From a virus, in the IMG/VR virus record IMGVR_UViG_3300020391_000003, positions 32,001 through 96,000 of that record: a stretch of 64,000 nt of DNA. One strand, 5' to 3'. The notes under the pieces are model-generated. The model saw nothing but the letters and a program-made list of their open reading frames with translations, was not told the origin of the DNA and did not search any database. Position numbers and translations under genes: made by a program. Of this stretch, positions 38,634 through 48,513 are shown piece after piece. The first letter of the stretch is position 1; every line of letters begins with the position of its first letter.

Positions 38634-39173
38634 ATGTTAGAGGGAATATTTTTCGTTATAATTTTATGTCTTTTGTTTTATATAAAAGATCTTAAAAAAA
38701 GAGAAGATCCTAGAATTAGCGAGTTACAAGAAAAAGCTTGGACTTTAGAAGTTTCAGTTGAACAAGAGCGAGCCAATAAACAAGATTCAGAAAATCATGC
38801 AAAAATTAGCAGGCAATTTCTTGAAGACGAACGAGTTCACCGAAAGAATATCGAGAAACAACTTTTTGAAACTCAAGATAAATTAGAACAAGAAACAGAA
38901 CAGCGCAAAAAAGTTTTATCGCAAAAGAAAAGTGGCGAAGTTAGGCTAGGTCATATTGCTGAAACCTTAGCTCCATTTTTAGATCAGTTTGACTTTGATC
39001 CAGAAAATTGTTGCTTTATGGGCAAGCCCATAGATTATGTTTCTTTCGGGGATGATGAGATTACATTTATAGAGGTCAAGAGCGGTAATGCTCAACTTAG
39101 CAGCAAACAAAGACACATTAGAGATTTAGTTAAACAAAAATTAGTATCATGGAAAGAAGTAAGAATCAAGTAA
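38634..39173 (+). CDS. Archaeal-type Holliday junction resolvase-like nuclease with N-terminal TM/coiled coil
   Basis: GHIAETLAPFL, GKPIDYVSF, FIEVKSG..QLSSKQRHIRD. Confidence 0.75.
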   Translation: MLEGIFFVIILCLLFYIKDLKKREDPRISELQEKAWTLEVSVEQERANKQDSENHAKISRQFLEDERVHRKNIEKQLFETQDKLEQETEQRKKVLSQKKSGEVRLGHIAETLAPFLDQFDFDPENCCFMGKPIDYVSFGDDEITFIEVKSGNAQLSSKQRHIRDLVKQKLVSWKEVRIK

Positions 39174-39589
39174 ACTTAAAAGTAAAAAAAATTTTTTCGA
39201 ACGCAGTAATTCCCACCTACACAAAACTTGGAGATGCGGGAATGGACTTAACAGCTATTTCGGTAGAAAAAAGTGGTGCATACTATGAATACGGTACAGG
39301 TTTAGCCATAGAGCTTCCATTAGGCTATGTAGGACTTGTTTTTCCTCGCTCTAGTATATCCAAGACAGATCATTATCTACGCAACTCTGTGGGCGTTATA
39401 GATGCTGGGTACAGAGGCGAAGTTAAAATCAGAATGAGCGTACCGCTTCTTGGTGCGACAGAATACAAAGAAGGCGACAGAGTTGCTCAGCTTGTTATAA
39501 TGAAACTTCCTTGGGTTAATATCGAACAAGTAGATGAGTTGTCGGAAACTGATCGAGGTAAAGGTGGATTTGGAAGCACAGGAAATTAA
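39149..39589 (+). CDS. dut: Trimeric dUTPase
   Basis: GDAGMDL, PRSS, GVIDAGYRGE, RVAQLV, RGKGGFGSTG. Confidence 0.95.
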   Translation: MERSKNQVNLKVKKIFSNAVIPTYTKLGDAGMDLTAISVEKSGAYYEYGTGLAIELPLGYVGLVFPRSSISKTDHYLRNSVGVIDAGYRGEVKIRMSVPLLGATEYKEGDRVAQLVIMKLPWVNIEQVDELSETDRGKGGFGSTGN

Positions 39590-39598
39590 ATTTAAGCC

Positions 39599-39627
39599 TT
39601 GACAATAGACTCAATATATGAGATAAT
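39599..39627 (+). promoter_or_regulatory. Sigma70-type promoter, ATG 6 nt after -10
   Basis: TTGACA-N17-GATAAT, ATG at 39634. Confidence 0.8.
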
Positions 39628-39633
39628 ACTAGC

Positions 39634-39882
39634 ATGTTCAATATTAAATCAAAGTTAAAAAATAAAGTTATGAAAAATGAAGATCAACGTTATTTCTTGG
39701 TTTACCAAAATCAAGAAAATGAAGTAAAGACCTACGAAATTGGTCGCCCAGACCTTAGTGAATCTTTTGGCAACAAGGGAGAAGAAAGAAACAATATTGG
39801 ATTCAAGGCTTACTGCTTTGGTCGTCAAGAAGTTCGTTCTTTTCGCCATGACCGAATCGTTTCCTTGACTCGCGCTTCGTGA
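39634..39882 (+). CDS. Stand-alone WYL-like domain protein
   Basis: YQNQENEVKTYEI...AYCFGRQEVRSFRHDRI. Confidence 0.6.
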   Translation: MFNIKSKLKNKVMKNEDQRYFLVYQNQENEVKTYEIGRPDLSESFGNKGEERNNIGFKAYCFGRQEVRSFRHDRIVSLTRAS

Positions 39883-40091
39883 ACTCAATGGTTTTAAACT
39901 ACGTAGCAAACAAGTTCGCACCCTTCTTGATTATAGGATTTCTTTTATTCTATAGTCTAGGGTACGAAACTTGGGAGCCGTATGTAGTTCTTGGGTTGAC
40001 AATCTTTATAGAAAGATTTAGTTTTAAAACAGGTTATGCAGTTTGCTATTGCGAACAAAAAGGTATAGAAATTGATTATGACAAAGGATGA
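39879..40091 (+). CDS. Small membrane protein
   Basis: Two hydrophobic stretches; overlaps upstream stop. Confidence 0.55.
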   Translation: MNSMVLNYVANKFAPFLIIGFLLFYSLGYETWEPYVVLGLTIFIERFSFKTGYAVCYCEQKGIEIDYDKG

Positions 40092-40489
40092 CCTCATTAA
40101 GCTTCGACAAGAAGTTTATGCAATGTGGTATTATTCTAAAAACAAAGACAAGAAAAAAACCTACAAAAAAATTCTCAAACTCATAGATTACGCAGGAGAT
40201 TTAAAATGTTCGCTCAAAAGTATATCTCGAATAGGACGATCACATCTATGAATTATCATAAGAAATTGAATTTAATTTACTAAAAAATATAATTTAATTA
40301 TGCACACAGATACCACACCAGAACATAAATATATTCTTATCAATTACGATAAACCCGCACCAATCATCAAACCAAAGCCAGTAACTTTAACCGAATACGA
40401 AGCTCATACACTCAATAGAGGGTTCGCATTTAATAAACTTACAAAAAGATATATAAAGAGCGAGGATTAGTCATAGTGTACAAGACTAT

Positions 40490-40726
40490 GTGCGAATATT
40501 ATTACTATTATATTTTCTTTCTGGTTGTACAGCGCAAAAATTGCCTCAACCTTCTGATACTGTATTTAAACCTGAAAATAGAAACTGGCTTTTAATATAT
40601 GAACTAGAGCTAGAAGCAGCATTAAAAAATGACGACACCGAAGCCTTCTATTTTTTTTGGTCAGAGTACATTAAAGAACTAGATAAACAAAAGCAAAATA
40701 GTGTAGATAATATCAATGAACTTTAA
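40490..40726 (+). CDS. Putative lipoprotein, paralogue of 52818-53156
   Basis: Signal plus LSGC lipobox; NDDTEAFYFFWSEY motif; GTGTA 9 nt upstream. Confidence 0.6.
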   Translation: MRILLLLYFLSGCTAQKLPQPSDTVFKPENRNWLLIYELELEAALKNDDTEAFYFFWSEYIKELDKQKQNSVDNINEL

Positions 40727-42431
40727 GATATTTTTTATTAATTTAAAAGACAACCCTGAACCATGGATAAAAGCTCAAAATATTTTCTCCCTTTTACCTG
40801 ATACCCTCAAGGTTGAGCGAATTGATGCGGTAGATACTAGAAAAGATCTATCTGCATTAGAAAAATTTAATTTAAAACTAGATCCCGTTGGATTAGTAAA
40901 CAAGCTGTATTTCTCTGAAAGTCCAGGCGCCGCAGGTTATTACCTAAACCACTTTTCAGCGTGGCAGCAAATCATAGAACAAAAACTGGATTTTGCGTTG
41001 ATTCTTGAAGATGATGTAGTTTTAACTGATGTTGTTCAATTTTTGCTTGAAAATCCAGACTTACACGACGGAATTGAACTTATGCATCTTGCCAAAAAAA
41101 GTCGCGATAGACTTCATGCCTATATTTTGAGCTATAACGGGGCAGCCAAGTTAATTGAATTAACACTTGATCACAGTCCGCTATCTAAGATTGATCCGTC
41201 ACGCAGTTTATTTTTTAATGAAAAATTAAATTTAAAAAATATAATAAGCAAAAATACTGAATTTGACTGGTCAACTAAAAGAGCTATATCTTCGCCAGTT
41301 GATAAGTTTGTGATGTATTGCTGCTCAGAATTGGTAGATGATTGGCATAGGTTGAATCGTATAATGATGCCGATTATAGACTTGTGTTTAAGCTCTGCCA
41401 ATAATTATCCTGATGCCCCCAAAAAAGAAAATGAAATTATAAAATTGATGGATTCGTGGAGATTTGAGCATTGGAAGAAAAATCCTTCAATTACAGTTTG
41501 CATTTGTACATACAATAATTATGAACTTTTAGAACAAGCTTTCCTTTCTTGCCAAAATCAATTAGGTGATTACGAATATAAAATCATTATATTAGATAAT
41601 TCTCCACACGATCTCAGGGATAACTCTAAAATAATTAAACTTGTAGAAAATTATAATAAAAATTTTTGGCAAGAAAATATTTCTAAAAACCAATTAAGTC
41701 TCGCTAACTTTGGGGCAGAATATTATCATAAAATTACTCATGGCCTTTCTGGAGCTAGAAATGAATGCATAAAATTATGCACTACGGATTTAATCTACTT
41801 TATAGATGATGATGCTACATTGAAACCCAATGCTGTAGCAAACATGGTTTCCAAGTTTAAATCGCCTCAGATTGGGGTTGTTGGTGGAAAAGTTACTCCT
41901 GATTGGGGGGAGCTAATTCGCCCTAGCTGGCTTAGCGATCAAGAACTCGGCAATCTCTCAATGTGCGATTTTTCTGAAAAAGATTTATTCCTTGAAGATA
42001 GTGAATTTCCAATATGGCTTGTAGGTGCAAATATTTGCTTTAGAACTGAGTATGTGAGAGATGTTGGTGGATTTAATACTTCTCTTGGAAGAAAAGGTGG
42101 GGGCTCTAATCTATTAAGCGGTGAAGAAGATGATCTAGTCAGAAAAATTAGGCAAAATTATTATGCTCTTTATACCCCTGATTGTGAAATTTTACATAGG
42201 GTTGATGAATCCAGATTGAATCAAAGCTGGTTTGTTAAGCGAAATGCATGGCAGGCAGTATCAAATATGATTGGCGGGGTGCTATGGATAGATGAAAAAA
42301 AGGGCGTCAGCGAAATTGTTAAAAACAATATACATTTAATATTTGAAGAGCCAAAGTCTGACACTGATTTTGATTTAAAATGTAAAATTATTGCATACTT
42401 AACTCATCTGCTTCTCGATGGAGATATATAA
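40716..42431 (+). CDS. Fused glycosyltransferase (GT25-like + GT2-like)
   Basis: FFINL...ALILEDD in N-half; VCICTYN, GARN, FIDDD, GANICFR, SGEEDD in C-half. Confidence 0.85.
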   Translation: MNFKIFFINLKDNPEPWIKAQNIFSLLPDTLKVERIDAVDTRKDLSALEKFNLKLDPVGLVNKLYFSESPGAAGYYLNHFSAWQQIIEQKLDFALILEDDVVLTDVVQFLLENPDLHDGIELMHLAKKSRDRLHAYILSYNGAAKLIELTLDHSPLSKIDPSRSLFFNEKLNLKNIISKNTEFDWSTKRAISSPVDKFVMYCCSELVDDWHRLNRIMMPIIDLCLSSANNYPDAPKKENEIIKLMDSWRFEHWKKNPSITVCICTYNNYELLEQAFLSCQNQLGDYEYKIIILDNSPHDLRDNSKIIKLVENYNKNFWQENISKNQLSLANFGAEYYHKITHGLSGARNECIKLCTTDLIYFIDDDATLKPNAVANMVSKFKSPQIGVVGGKVTPDWGELIRPSWLSDQELGNLSMCDFSEKDLFLEDSEFPIWLVGANICFRTEYVRDVGGFNTSLGRKGGGSNLLSGEEDDLVRKIRQNYYALYTPDCEILHRVDESRLNQSWFVKRNAWQAVSNMIGGVLWIDEKKGVSEIVKNNIHLIFEEPKSDTDFDLKCKIIAYLTHLLLDGDI

Positions 42432-43003
42432 TGATATGCGATAACAGAAATTTTATATTCGTTAGAGTTGCAAAGACTGGTTCTAGCAGTATCATTAAAG
42501 CACTTTTTCCAAAAAAAACTTGGCGGCAAAGAACAAAAGTCAATGATTGGGAAAAGTTTGATCCAAATCATTATCCTTTATTTAAAATTAAAGAAGTAAT
42601 TTCTAAAGAAAAATATGAATCATATTTTAAGTTTGCTTTTACTAGAAATCCATATGACAGATGCGTATCCGCATGGAAATATTCATTAAAAATGGGGTTT
42701 ACGAATCCAGAAAAAAAATTCCTGAATTACGTCAAGCAATTAAATCAAAATAATACGGACGCTAAGTATTTTAGCCAATATAAATTCGTGAAAGGATGCG
42801 ACTTTGTGGGCAAGCTTGAAAACCTTCAAGAAGACTTCGATATCATATGCGACAAAATTGGAATTCCACGTCAACAACTTCCACACGAAAATTCCACAAA
42901 ACACAAACACTACACCGAATACTACGATGGTGAAACTCGTAAGATTGTTGCGGAAAAATACGCAAAAGACATTGAGCATTTCAGATATGAATTTGGAGAG
43001 TAA
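42431..43003 (+). CDS. Sulfotransferase (Sulfotransfer_2-like)
   Basis: FIFVRVAKTGSSSI (5'-PSB loop), FTRNPYDRCVSAW (3'-PB), FVGKLENLQEDF. Confidence 0.88.
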   Translation: MICDNRNFIFVRVAKTGSSSIIKALFPKKTWRQRTKVNDWEKFDPNHYPLFKIKEVISKEKYESYFKFAFTRNPYDRCVSAWKYSLKMGFTNPEKKFLNYVKQLNQNNTDAKYFSQYKFVKGCDFVGKLENLQEDFDIICDKIGIPRQQLPHENSTKHKHYTEYYDGETRKIVAEKYAKDIEHFRYEFGE

Positions 43004-43859
43004 AGAACTAGTTATGGGCTACAATTCAATATCTTTTGGAACAAGCTGCATGGGCAGATTAAATCATTTAAGCCAAACTTATATCCACAATATAGAAACT
43101 GCATTAAGCGTAGATCGTAATTCAAAATTTGTTTTGTTAAATTATAATTCTCAAGATGGAATGCATGAGTGGGTGCAAGAAAATTTATCTAGCTACATTC
43201 AAAAAGGGACGCTTAAATATTTGCGCACATCTACTCCGCAAGAATTTTCGCAGTCTCACACTAAAAATATAACAAGTAAGCATGCAGATGCAGATATTGT
43301 TTGCCTACTAGATGCAGATCATTTTTTAACCAAGCGCTATGTTCAGCAAAATTTACTTTTCTTTAACCAAGAGTTCGACTCACACAAAATATCTAGACCA
43401 AAAGCAGAAGGAGGAAAAGGAGGAAGAATTGCTTTTCAAAAAAAAGATTTTTTAGAAATTGGAGGATTTGACGAACGCATGAAATGCTGGGGACACGAAG
43501 ATACAGACTTTCATTATAGATTCACGCATTACTTTGATAATGTATCAGAAATTACACCCGATATAGAAGAAGAATCAATCATACAGCATGATGACGATTC
43601 TAGAAATTCAAACTCAAAACTTACTGCGGCTCCCGCGATTCATTCAAAAGAAGAGTTTCAAAAATTTTGCAATACAATGAAATGGCATAGAACAAAAGCT
43701 CAGACTTTAGGAATAGATTTTGAGGAATATTTTAAACTTCATGGGCCAAGAATTATCAACAGAGAGTTTTCTGTAAGAATAGAAGAAGAATTTAACAAAA
43801 CTAAAGATTTTTCACTTATGATATCGAACAAAAATTTAGATTGGGGCAACCTTTCATGA
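42987..43859 (+). CDS. GT-A glycosyltransferase (GT2/GT7-like)
   Basis: SFGTSCMGR, LLDAD, GGFDERMKCWGHEDTD. Confidence 0.8.
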   Translation: MNLESKELVMGYNSISFGTSCMGRLNHLSQTYIHNIETALSVDRNSKFVLLNYNSQDGMHEWVQENLSSYIQKGTLKYLRTSTPQEFSQSHTKNITSKHADADIVCLLDADHFLTKRYVQQNLLFFNQEFDSHKISRPKAEGGKGGRIAFQKKDFLEIGGFDERMKCWGHEDTDFHYRFTHYFDNVSEITPDIEEESIIQHDDDSRNSNSKLTAAPAIHSKEEFQKFCNTMKWHRTKAQTLGIDFEEYFKLHGPRIINREFSVRIEEEFNKTKDFSLMISNKNLDWGNLS

Positions 43860-45568
43860 AAGAAAATTTAATTTTCAGTTCAATTGGAGATTTCGCCCAA
43901 CTGCCAAACTGGATTGGGTCAGATCAAAATTATGATATCTGGATAACTTATTATGGTGATGATGAAAACAAATACAATTACTATAAGCAGTATGTTCAGT
44001 TCATAAAAAAGTCCAAGGGCTCTAAGTTTCAGAATTTTAATCTCATATGGAAAGAGTTCCATTCAGAGTTAAACAAATATGAAAGATTTTTTATTTTAGA
44101 CGATGATATAATCTTTGATTCTTATAAAGATATTAATAAAATGTTTAATTTCGCCAAAGATCAGTCAACCTGGATTTGCGGCCCGACATTTAAATCTTCT
44201 GGAAAAATTTCACACAAAATCACCCAAACCGATGAAGGGGCATCTTTTAGATATGTAAATTTTGTTGAAATTAACACTCCTCTATTTTCTAATTTTGCTA
44301 TAAATAAATTTATGAAACACTATGATGACTCGCTTATTGGATGGGGCATAGATTTTTGCTACATTCAAATACTGGGTCACTCAGCCAAAAATAGATACGC
44401 TCTTGTTGATGAAGTTTCTGTAATAAATCCATTGCCCCAGAAAGCCTTAGATTTATGCAAGATTAATAATATAGACTTTTCATCTCAGGATTTTACGAGT
44501 AGCGAAAAGAGAATCGAACTTCAAGAATTCCTAGAGCAACCAACAGAGACAAGCGGAAGGGAACTCATGAATATAGAAGGCGCAGAAAACAGAAGCCTTA
44601 CATGGAAAAGTTTTTGTCAAAAAAATCAAATACGTCAACGTTTTGAATTAAAAAACTGGGAAGTAATTAAAAAAATAAAAAAAATCTTAATAACCAGAAT
44701 GCTCGGTAATGACCTGAGCGGACTTCATGGAGAAGAACAGACATTACGAAATTTAGAGTTTACCCTTAAAGAAGAACCGCATTTTGATAATGTAGATAAA
44801 CTTTTTATTTTAAACAGAATTGCCTGTAATTATAAAAAGCAAAAAATAATAAACCTGCTAAATGAATATGATGCAAGTTATGCGGAGATACCCTTTTGCT
44901 TTGAATCGTTTCAACAACTTACAAATGTAAGCTCAGAACTAAAACTAGAGCATTTTGACGAAAACAAAAACATAGACTTTATACTTCGACAACTTTTTGA
45001 GCATAATTTATATTTAGTCAACAATAATGCTTGTAGAAATTTCGCAATAGAATATGGAAAAAAAAGAGAATATGGCTGGACTTTTGTTTTAGACTCAAAT
45101 AATTTTTTTACAGAACAATTATTTAGCGATATTATAACAAATATCAATTTTAGCTCCGAGTATTTAGCGATACCACAAAAAAGACTTCAAGATGGTTATT
45201 TGCCAAATCAAATTTTACGTTGTGAAGGCTTTGAAAGATTGCTGGAATACCTACCCAATCAAGAGCCTCAGTTGGCATTTAAGCACACTTCAAATATCAC
45301 CTTTAATCAATTTATTCCTTACGGATTATCTCCAAAAGCAGAGCTTCTGAATGCGTTGAATATTCAAGGTAAATGGAATAATTGGCAAGAATATATTAGA
45401 CTTGGAATAAAACCAAGAAATTTTCCCGCAGCACGAACACAAACTCTTTCTTCGGTAATTAGACTTAATCCTCACTGCGAGGAAAACAATATTAATCAAA
45501 ATTGGATTTCTAGATGGAAAGGAATATATCTTTTATCTGAACAGTTAAGTAATAAGAAATATTTATAA
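43856..45568 (+). CDS. Two-domain putative glycosyltransferase (DUF707-like N-domain + second GT-A-like domain)
   Basis: YERFFILDDDI, FVEINTPLFS, GWGID; second half NNNACRNFAI...FVLDSN. Confidence 0.6.
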   Translation: MKENLIFSSIGDFAQLPNWIGSDQNYDIWITYYGDDENKYNYYKQYVQFIKKSKGSKFQNFNLIWKEFHSELNKYERFFILDDDIIFDSYKDINKMFNFAKDQSTWICGPTFKSSGKISHKITQTDEGASFRYVNFVEINTPLFSNFAINKFMKHYDDSLIGWGIDFCYIQILGHSAKNRYALVDEVSVINPLPQKALDLCKINNIDFSSQDFTSSEKRIELQEFLEQPTETSGRELMNIEGAENRSLTWKSFCQKNQIRQRFELKNWEVIKKIKKILITRMLGNDLSGLHGEEQTLRNLEFTLKEEPHFDNVDKLFILNRIACNYKKQKIINLLNEYDASYAEIPFCFESFQQLTNVSSELKLEHFDENKNIDFILRQLFEHNLYLVNNNACRNFAIEYGKKREYGWTFVLDSNNFFTEQLFSDIITNINFSSEYLAIPQKRLQDGYLPNQILRCEGFERLLEYLPNQEPQLAFKHTSNITFNQFIPYGLSPKAELLNALNIQGKWNNWQEYIRLGIKPRNFPAARTQTLSSVIRLNPHCEENNINQNWISRWKGIYLLSEQLSNKKYL

Positions 45569-45570
45569 TT

Positions 45571-46455
45571 ATGATATTATTAATTGGTGGTACTGGATAT
45601 GTCGGACTTAAATTTCAAGAGATTTTATCTTCACGCAATATTGAGTTTAGAAATCTTTCCCGTAATCAGGTGGATTATTATGATTTCAAAACATTGAACG
45701 ATGTTATTTCAAATGCAAAACCTGAGTTTGTATTAAACGCAGGCGGTTTTACAGGAAAACCAAACGTCGATCAATGTGAAATCAATAAAAGTGAAACAAT
45801 CATCGGAAACGTTCTTCTTCCTCAAATTCTTGGTCAAGTATGCGAACTTAACGATGTTCCATTGGTTCACGTATCAAGTGGTTGCATTTATGCAGGTGAC
45901 AAAGGAGAGAATACCGATGGAAGCAAAATCGGATTTACTGAAGAAGATACTCCGAACTTTTCATACGATCAACCTCCTTGTAGTTTTTATAGTGGAAGTA
46001 AAGCACTTGGCGAAGAAGTTTTAAGCAAGTTTGAAAAAGTATATACTTGCCGACTTCGTATTCCGTTTGACGAATTTGATTCAAACAGAAACTATCTTTC
46101 AAAGATTCAAAGATACGACAAAGTGTATAACGCAGTAAACTCAATTTCACATCGTGAAGAATTTGTAAATGCTTGTCTTGATTTACCATTGAATAAATGC
46201 GACTATGGAATCTACAATGTAACCAACGGAGGATATGTAACAACCAAGCAAGTAGTTGAGTGTATGAAGAAAAAATTTAAGTTGGAAAAAGAATTTGAGT
46301 ATTGGAAAGATGATTCAGAGTTTTATAGCAAAGGAGCAACTACACCAAGATCAAACTGCGTTATGGATAATAGCAAATTATTAAACACAGGAATCAAAAT
46401 ACGTTACTGCATGGATGCAATTGAAGATTCTTTTAACAAATGGAAGAAAGAGTAA
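45571..46455 (+). CDS. RmlD-like NDP-sugar epimerase/reductase (extended SDR)
   Basis: GGTGYVG, GKPNVDQCE, HVSSGCIY, FYSGSK. Confidence 0.85.
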   Translation: MILLIGGTGYVGLKFQEILSSRNIEFRNLSRNQVDYYDFKTLNDVISNAKPEFVLNAGGFTGKPNVDQCEINKSETIIGNVLLPQILGQVCELNDVPLVHVSSGCIYAGDKGENTDGSKIGFTEEDTPNFSYDQPPCSFYSGSKALGEEVLSKFEKVYTCRLRIPFDEFDSNRNYLSKIQRYDKVYNAVNSISHREEFVNACLDLPLNKCDYGIYNVTNGGYVTTKQVVECMKKKFKLEKEFEYWKDDSEFYSKGATTPRSNCVMDNSKLLNTGIKIRYCMDAIEDSFNKWKKE

Positions 46456-46490
46456 ATGCAAATCAACATAATTGATTATGAATTCGGAGA

Positions 46491-46670
46491 TTAATTTTTT
46501 ATTTTTTTATAAATCTTTTTTCTTTGTGAATCTGTAAGATTTTCGTATTGCATTTGAGCTTTTAATTTGGCAGTCATCTTTGCCCTGATTACAAATCGAT
46601 CTTTATTTTCTTGCATATATTTTTGGTACAAATAATCAAGCACGTCTTTACGCTCTTGTGGACTTAGCAT
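46491..46670 (-). CDS. Small basic hypothetical protein, antisense to neighbours
   Basis: Start moved to ATG 46670, 9 nt downstream of minus-strand GTGTA (46684-46680). Confidence 0.55.
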   Translation of the reverse strand: MLSPQERKDVLDYLYQKYMQENKDRFVIRAKMTAKLKAQMQYENLTDSQRKKIYKKIKN

Positions 46671-46745
46671 ATCATGATATACACTTTTTTGCAAAAATTT
46701 CATTTATTGCTTTACATTATAAGTAAAATATGTTAAGATCATAAA

Positions 46746-46997
46746 GTGTCAAAAATAACCAAAGAATTAAAAAACGCCACCTTTATCTATGACGAAGAAA
46801 AGAAAACGTTCACAATTATGGAAGCGGATGGATTCAATGGACATATTGAGTTAAACAAAGTTTACGCTTTTGCTTTTATGCGTTTTGTTGTTCGAATGGC
46901 TCAAAGAAATTGGCTTAGATCAAATAAAAGTATTTCCAAAATAATTGAAGAAGAAGAACTTGAAGAAAATGATTCAAATCAATTAAATTTATTTTAA
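46746..46997 (+). CDS. Hypothetical protein
   Basis: Intact ORF. Confidence 0.55.
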   Translation: MSKITKELKNATFIYDEEKKTFTIMEADGFNGHIELNKVYAFAFMRFVVRMAQRNWLRSNKSISKIIEEEELEENDSNQLNLF

Positions 46998-47137
46998 TGA
47001 GTAAATATACATTAGATGTTTCCAAAGAAGAAATCATAGAAATTTATGTCAAAGAATGGGTACTAAATTGGTGCAAAAAGAACCATCCAGAAGTTTTCGA
47101 TAAAGCTAAAGCTTATATCACAGAAAATTTGAAATAA
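46997..47137 (+). CDS. Hypothetical protein (46 aa)
   Basis: Not in ORF track; ATG overlaps upstream TAA; MSKYTLDVSKEEIIEIYVKEW... Confidence 0.5.
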   Translation: MSKYTLDVSKEEIIEIYVKEWVLNWCKKNHPEVFDKAKAYITENLK

Positions 47138-47216
47138 TATTTAAACTTGCGGCTAGTATTAATAAAGCCGAAATTTGTTTTATTGTTACACAATGAATCA
47201 TAAATTATTTTTATTT

Positions 47217-47807
47217 TTAGTTTTTTTTCTTTGCATGATATAAATCGTCCTTAATATCTTTAATAACTTTTTCAAGATAAGAAACTCTTTTATCTCTTGA
47301 TACAAAAGGAACAGACCAAAACTGACGAGTACGAAACCAAAGCCTCCAATTCCAGCCAAACACAAAAGAATATACTCCCATTATCAATCGCAACTTTACA
47401 GAGTTTGCATATAAAGTAAGAACTGGTAGCGCAGGAGCTCCGTGAGTTATATATGTTCTAACGATTCTATCTTTTAGCAGAGCGGATGGAAGCCCCATAG
47501 TCTTGGTGATAGACTTAAAATTATATGCAAATCCTGGAGTAAAAACTTCGTCAAAAAATACTTCAAGTTTTGGAGTGCAACGAAACCACCAAACAGGTGA
47601 TACAAAATAAATATGAGTTGACCAAGAAACATAATCTTTATATGTTTTTACTAAATCAGTATTCTCTCGCCTGAAATTTTCTTGGTACAATTCTATTGTT
47701 TTTATTTCAACTTTCTTGTTTTCCAAAATAGTTTTAATTGTTCTAAAAATTCCATCATAGCAGAAGGAATCTGTTTCGGGATGTCCGATTATTATTAGTG
47801 CTTTCAT
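47217..47807 (-). CDS. Flavodoxin-like NAD(P)H dehydrogenase (quinone)
   Basis: LIIIGHPETDSF, VSPVWWFRCTPKLEVFFDEV..PGFAY, ITHG. Confidence 0.85.
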   Translation of the reverse strand: MKALIIIGHPETDSFCYDGIFRTIKTILENKKVEIKTIELYQENFRRENTDLVKTYKDYVSWSTHIYFVSPVWWFRCTPKLEVFFDEVFTPGFAYNFKSITKTMGLPSALLKDRIVRTYITHGAPALPVLTLYANSVKLRLIMGVYSFVFGWNWRLWFRTRQFWSVPFVSRDKRVSYLEKVIKDIKDDLYHAKKKN

Positions 47808-47808
47808 A

Positions 47809-48513
47809 TTAAAAAAGGTTGTTGTTAAATACTTCAATTAAACCAAATTTTTGTGTGACAACTGCAATAGGAATAATTGCAAAGCCAATAAAAATAATAT
47901 AAGCATACGCATAAGAAACTATTTCAAGTTTTGGTCTCATTGCCTCGGTACGCAATCCAAGAGATTGAAACGTACTTGAAACTCCGTGAACAAGATGCTT
48001 GCAAAGCAAAAACATTGCGAGAACATAAAAAATGCTTATCCATTCTTTTTTGAATCCATAAATCATCATAGCATAAACATCGTGAATTTGCTCACCATTG
48101 GGTGATCCAACTGTTGTCATAAGGTTATCGTATTCAGGATAAATAATGCGAATAGTATAATGAAACAAATGAAAGAAAATGAAAGCAAAAATAATAGAAC
48201 CACTTAGACCCATACGCAATGAATGCCATTTGCTTTTTTTGGTAACTTCTATTTTATTTTTAATTGGTCTTGCTTTTTTGTTTTCACGAATTAATGCCAC
48301 TGCTACGACAATATGAATAAACACACTTGCAAACAATATTAAACGAGAACCCCATAATATAGGCATCGGTAGATTTTGCAAAAAGTATGCGTATGCGTTA
48401 ATGGCATCTTGACCAATAAAAATCTGAAGATTGCCTGTCATATGCACAAATACAAATCCTACGAGAACAAGACCAGTAAGTGCCATTAGATATTTTTTAA
48501 TTAATGAATTCAT
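47809..48513 (-). CDS. sdhC: Succinate dehydrogenase/fumarate reductase cytochrome b subunit (b558 family)
   Basis: KKYLMALTG, HMTGNL, AINAYA, FIHI, FHLFH, HLVHGVSSTFQSLG; five TM helices with haem-ligand His residues. Confidence 0.88.
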   Translation of the reverse strand: MNSLIKKYLMALTGLVLVGFVFVHMTGNLQIFIGQDAINAYAYFLQNLPMPILWGSRLILFASVFIHIVVAVALIRENKKARPIKNKIEVTKKSKWHSLRMGLSGSIIFAFIFFHLFHYTIRIIYPEYDNLMTTVGSPNGEQIHDVYAMMIYGFKKEWISIFYVLAMFLLCKHLVHGVSSTFQSLGLRTEAMRPKLEIVSYAYAYIIFIGFAIIPIAVVTQKFGLIEVFNNNLF

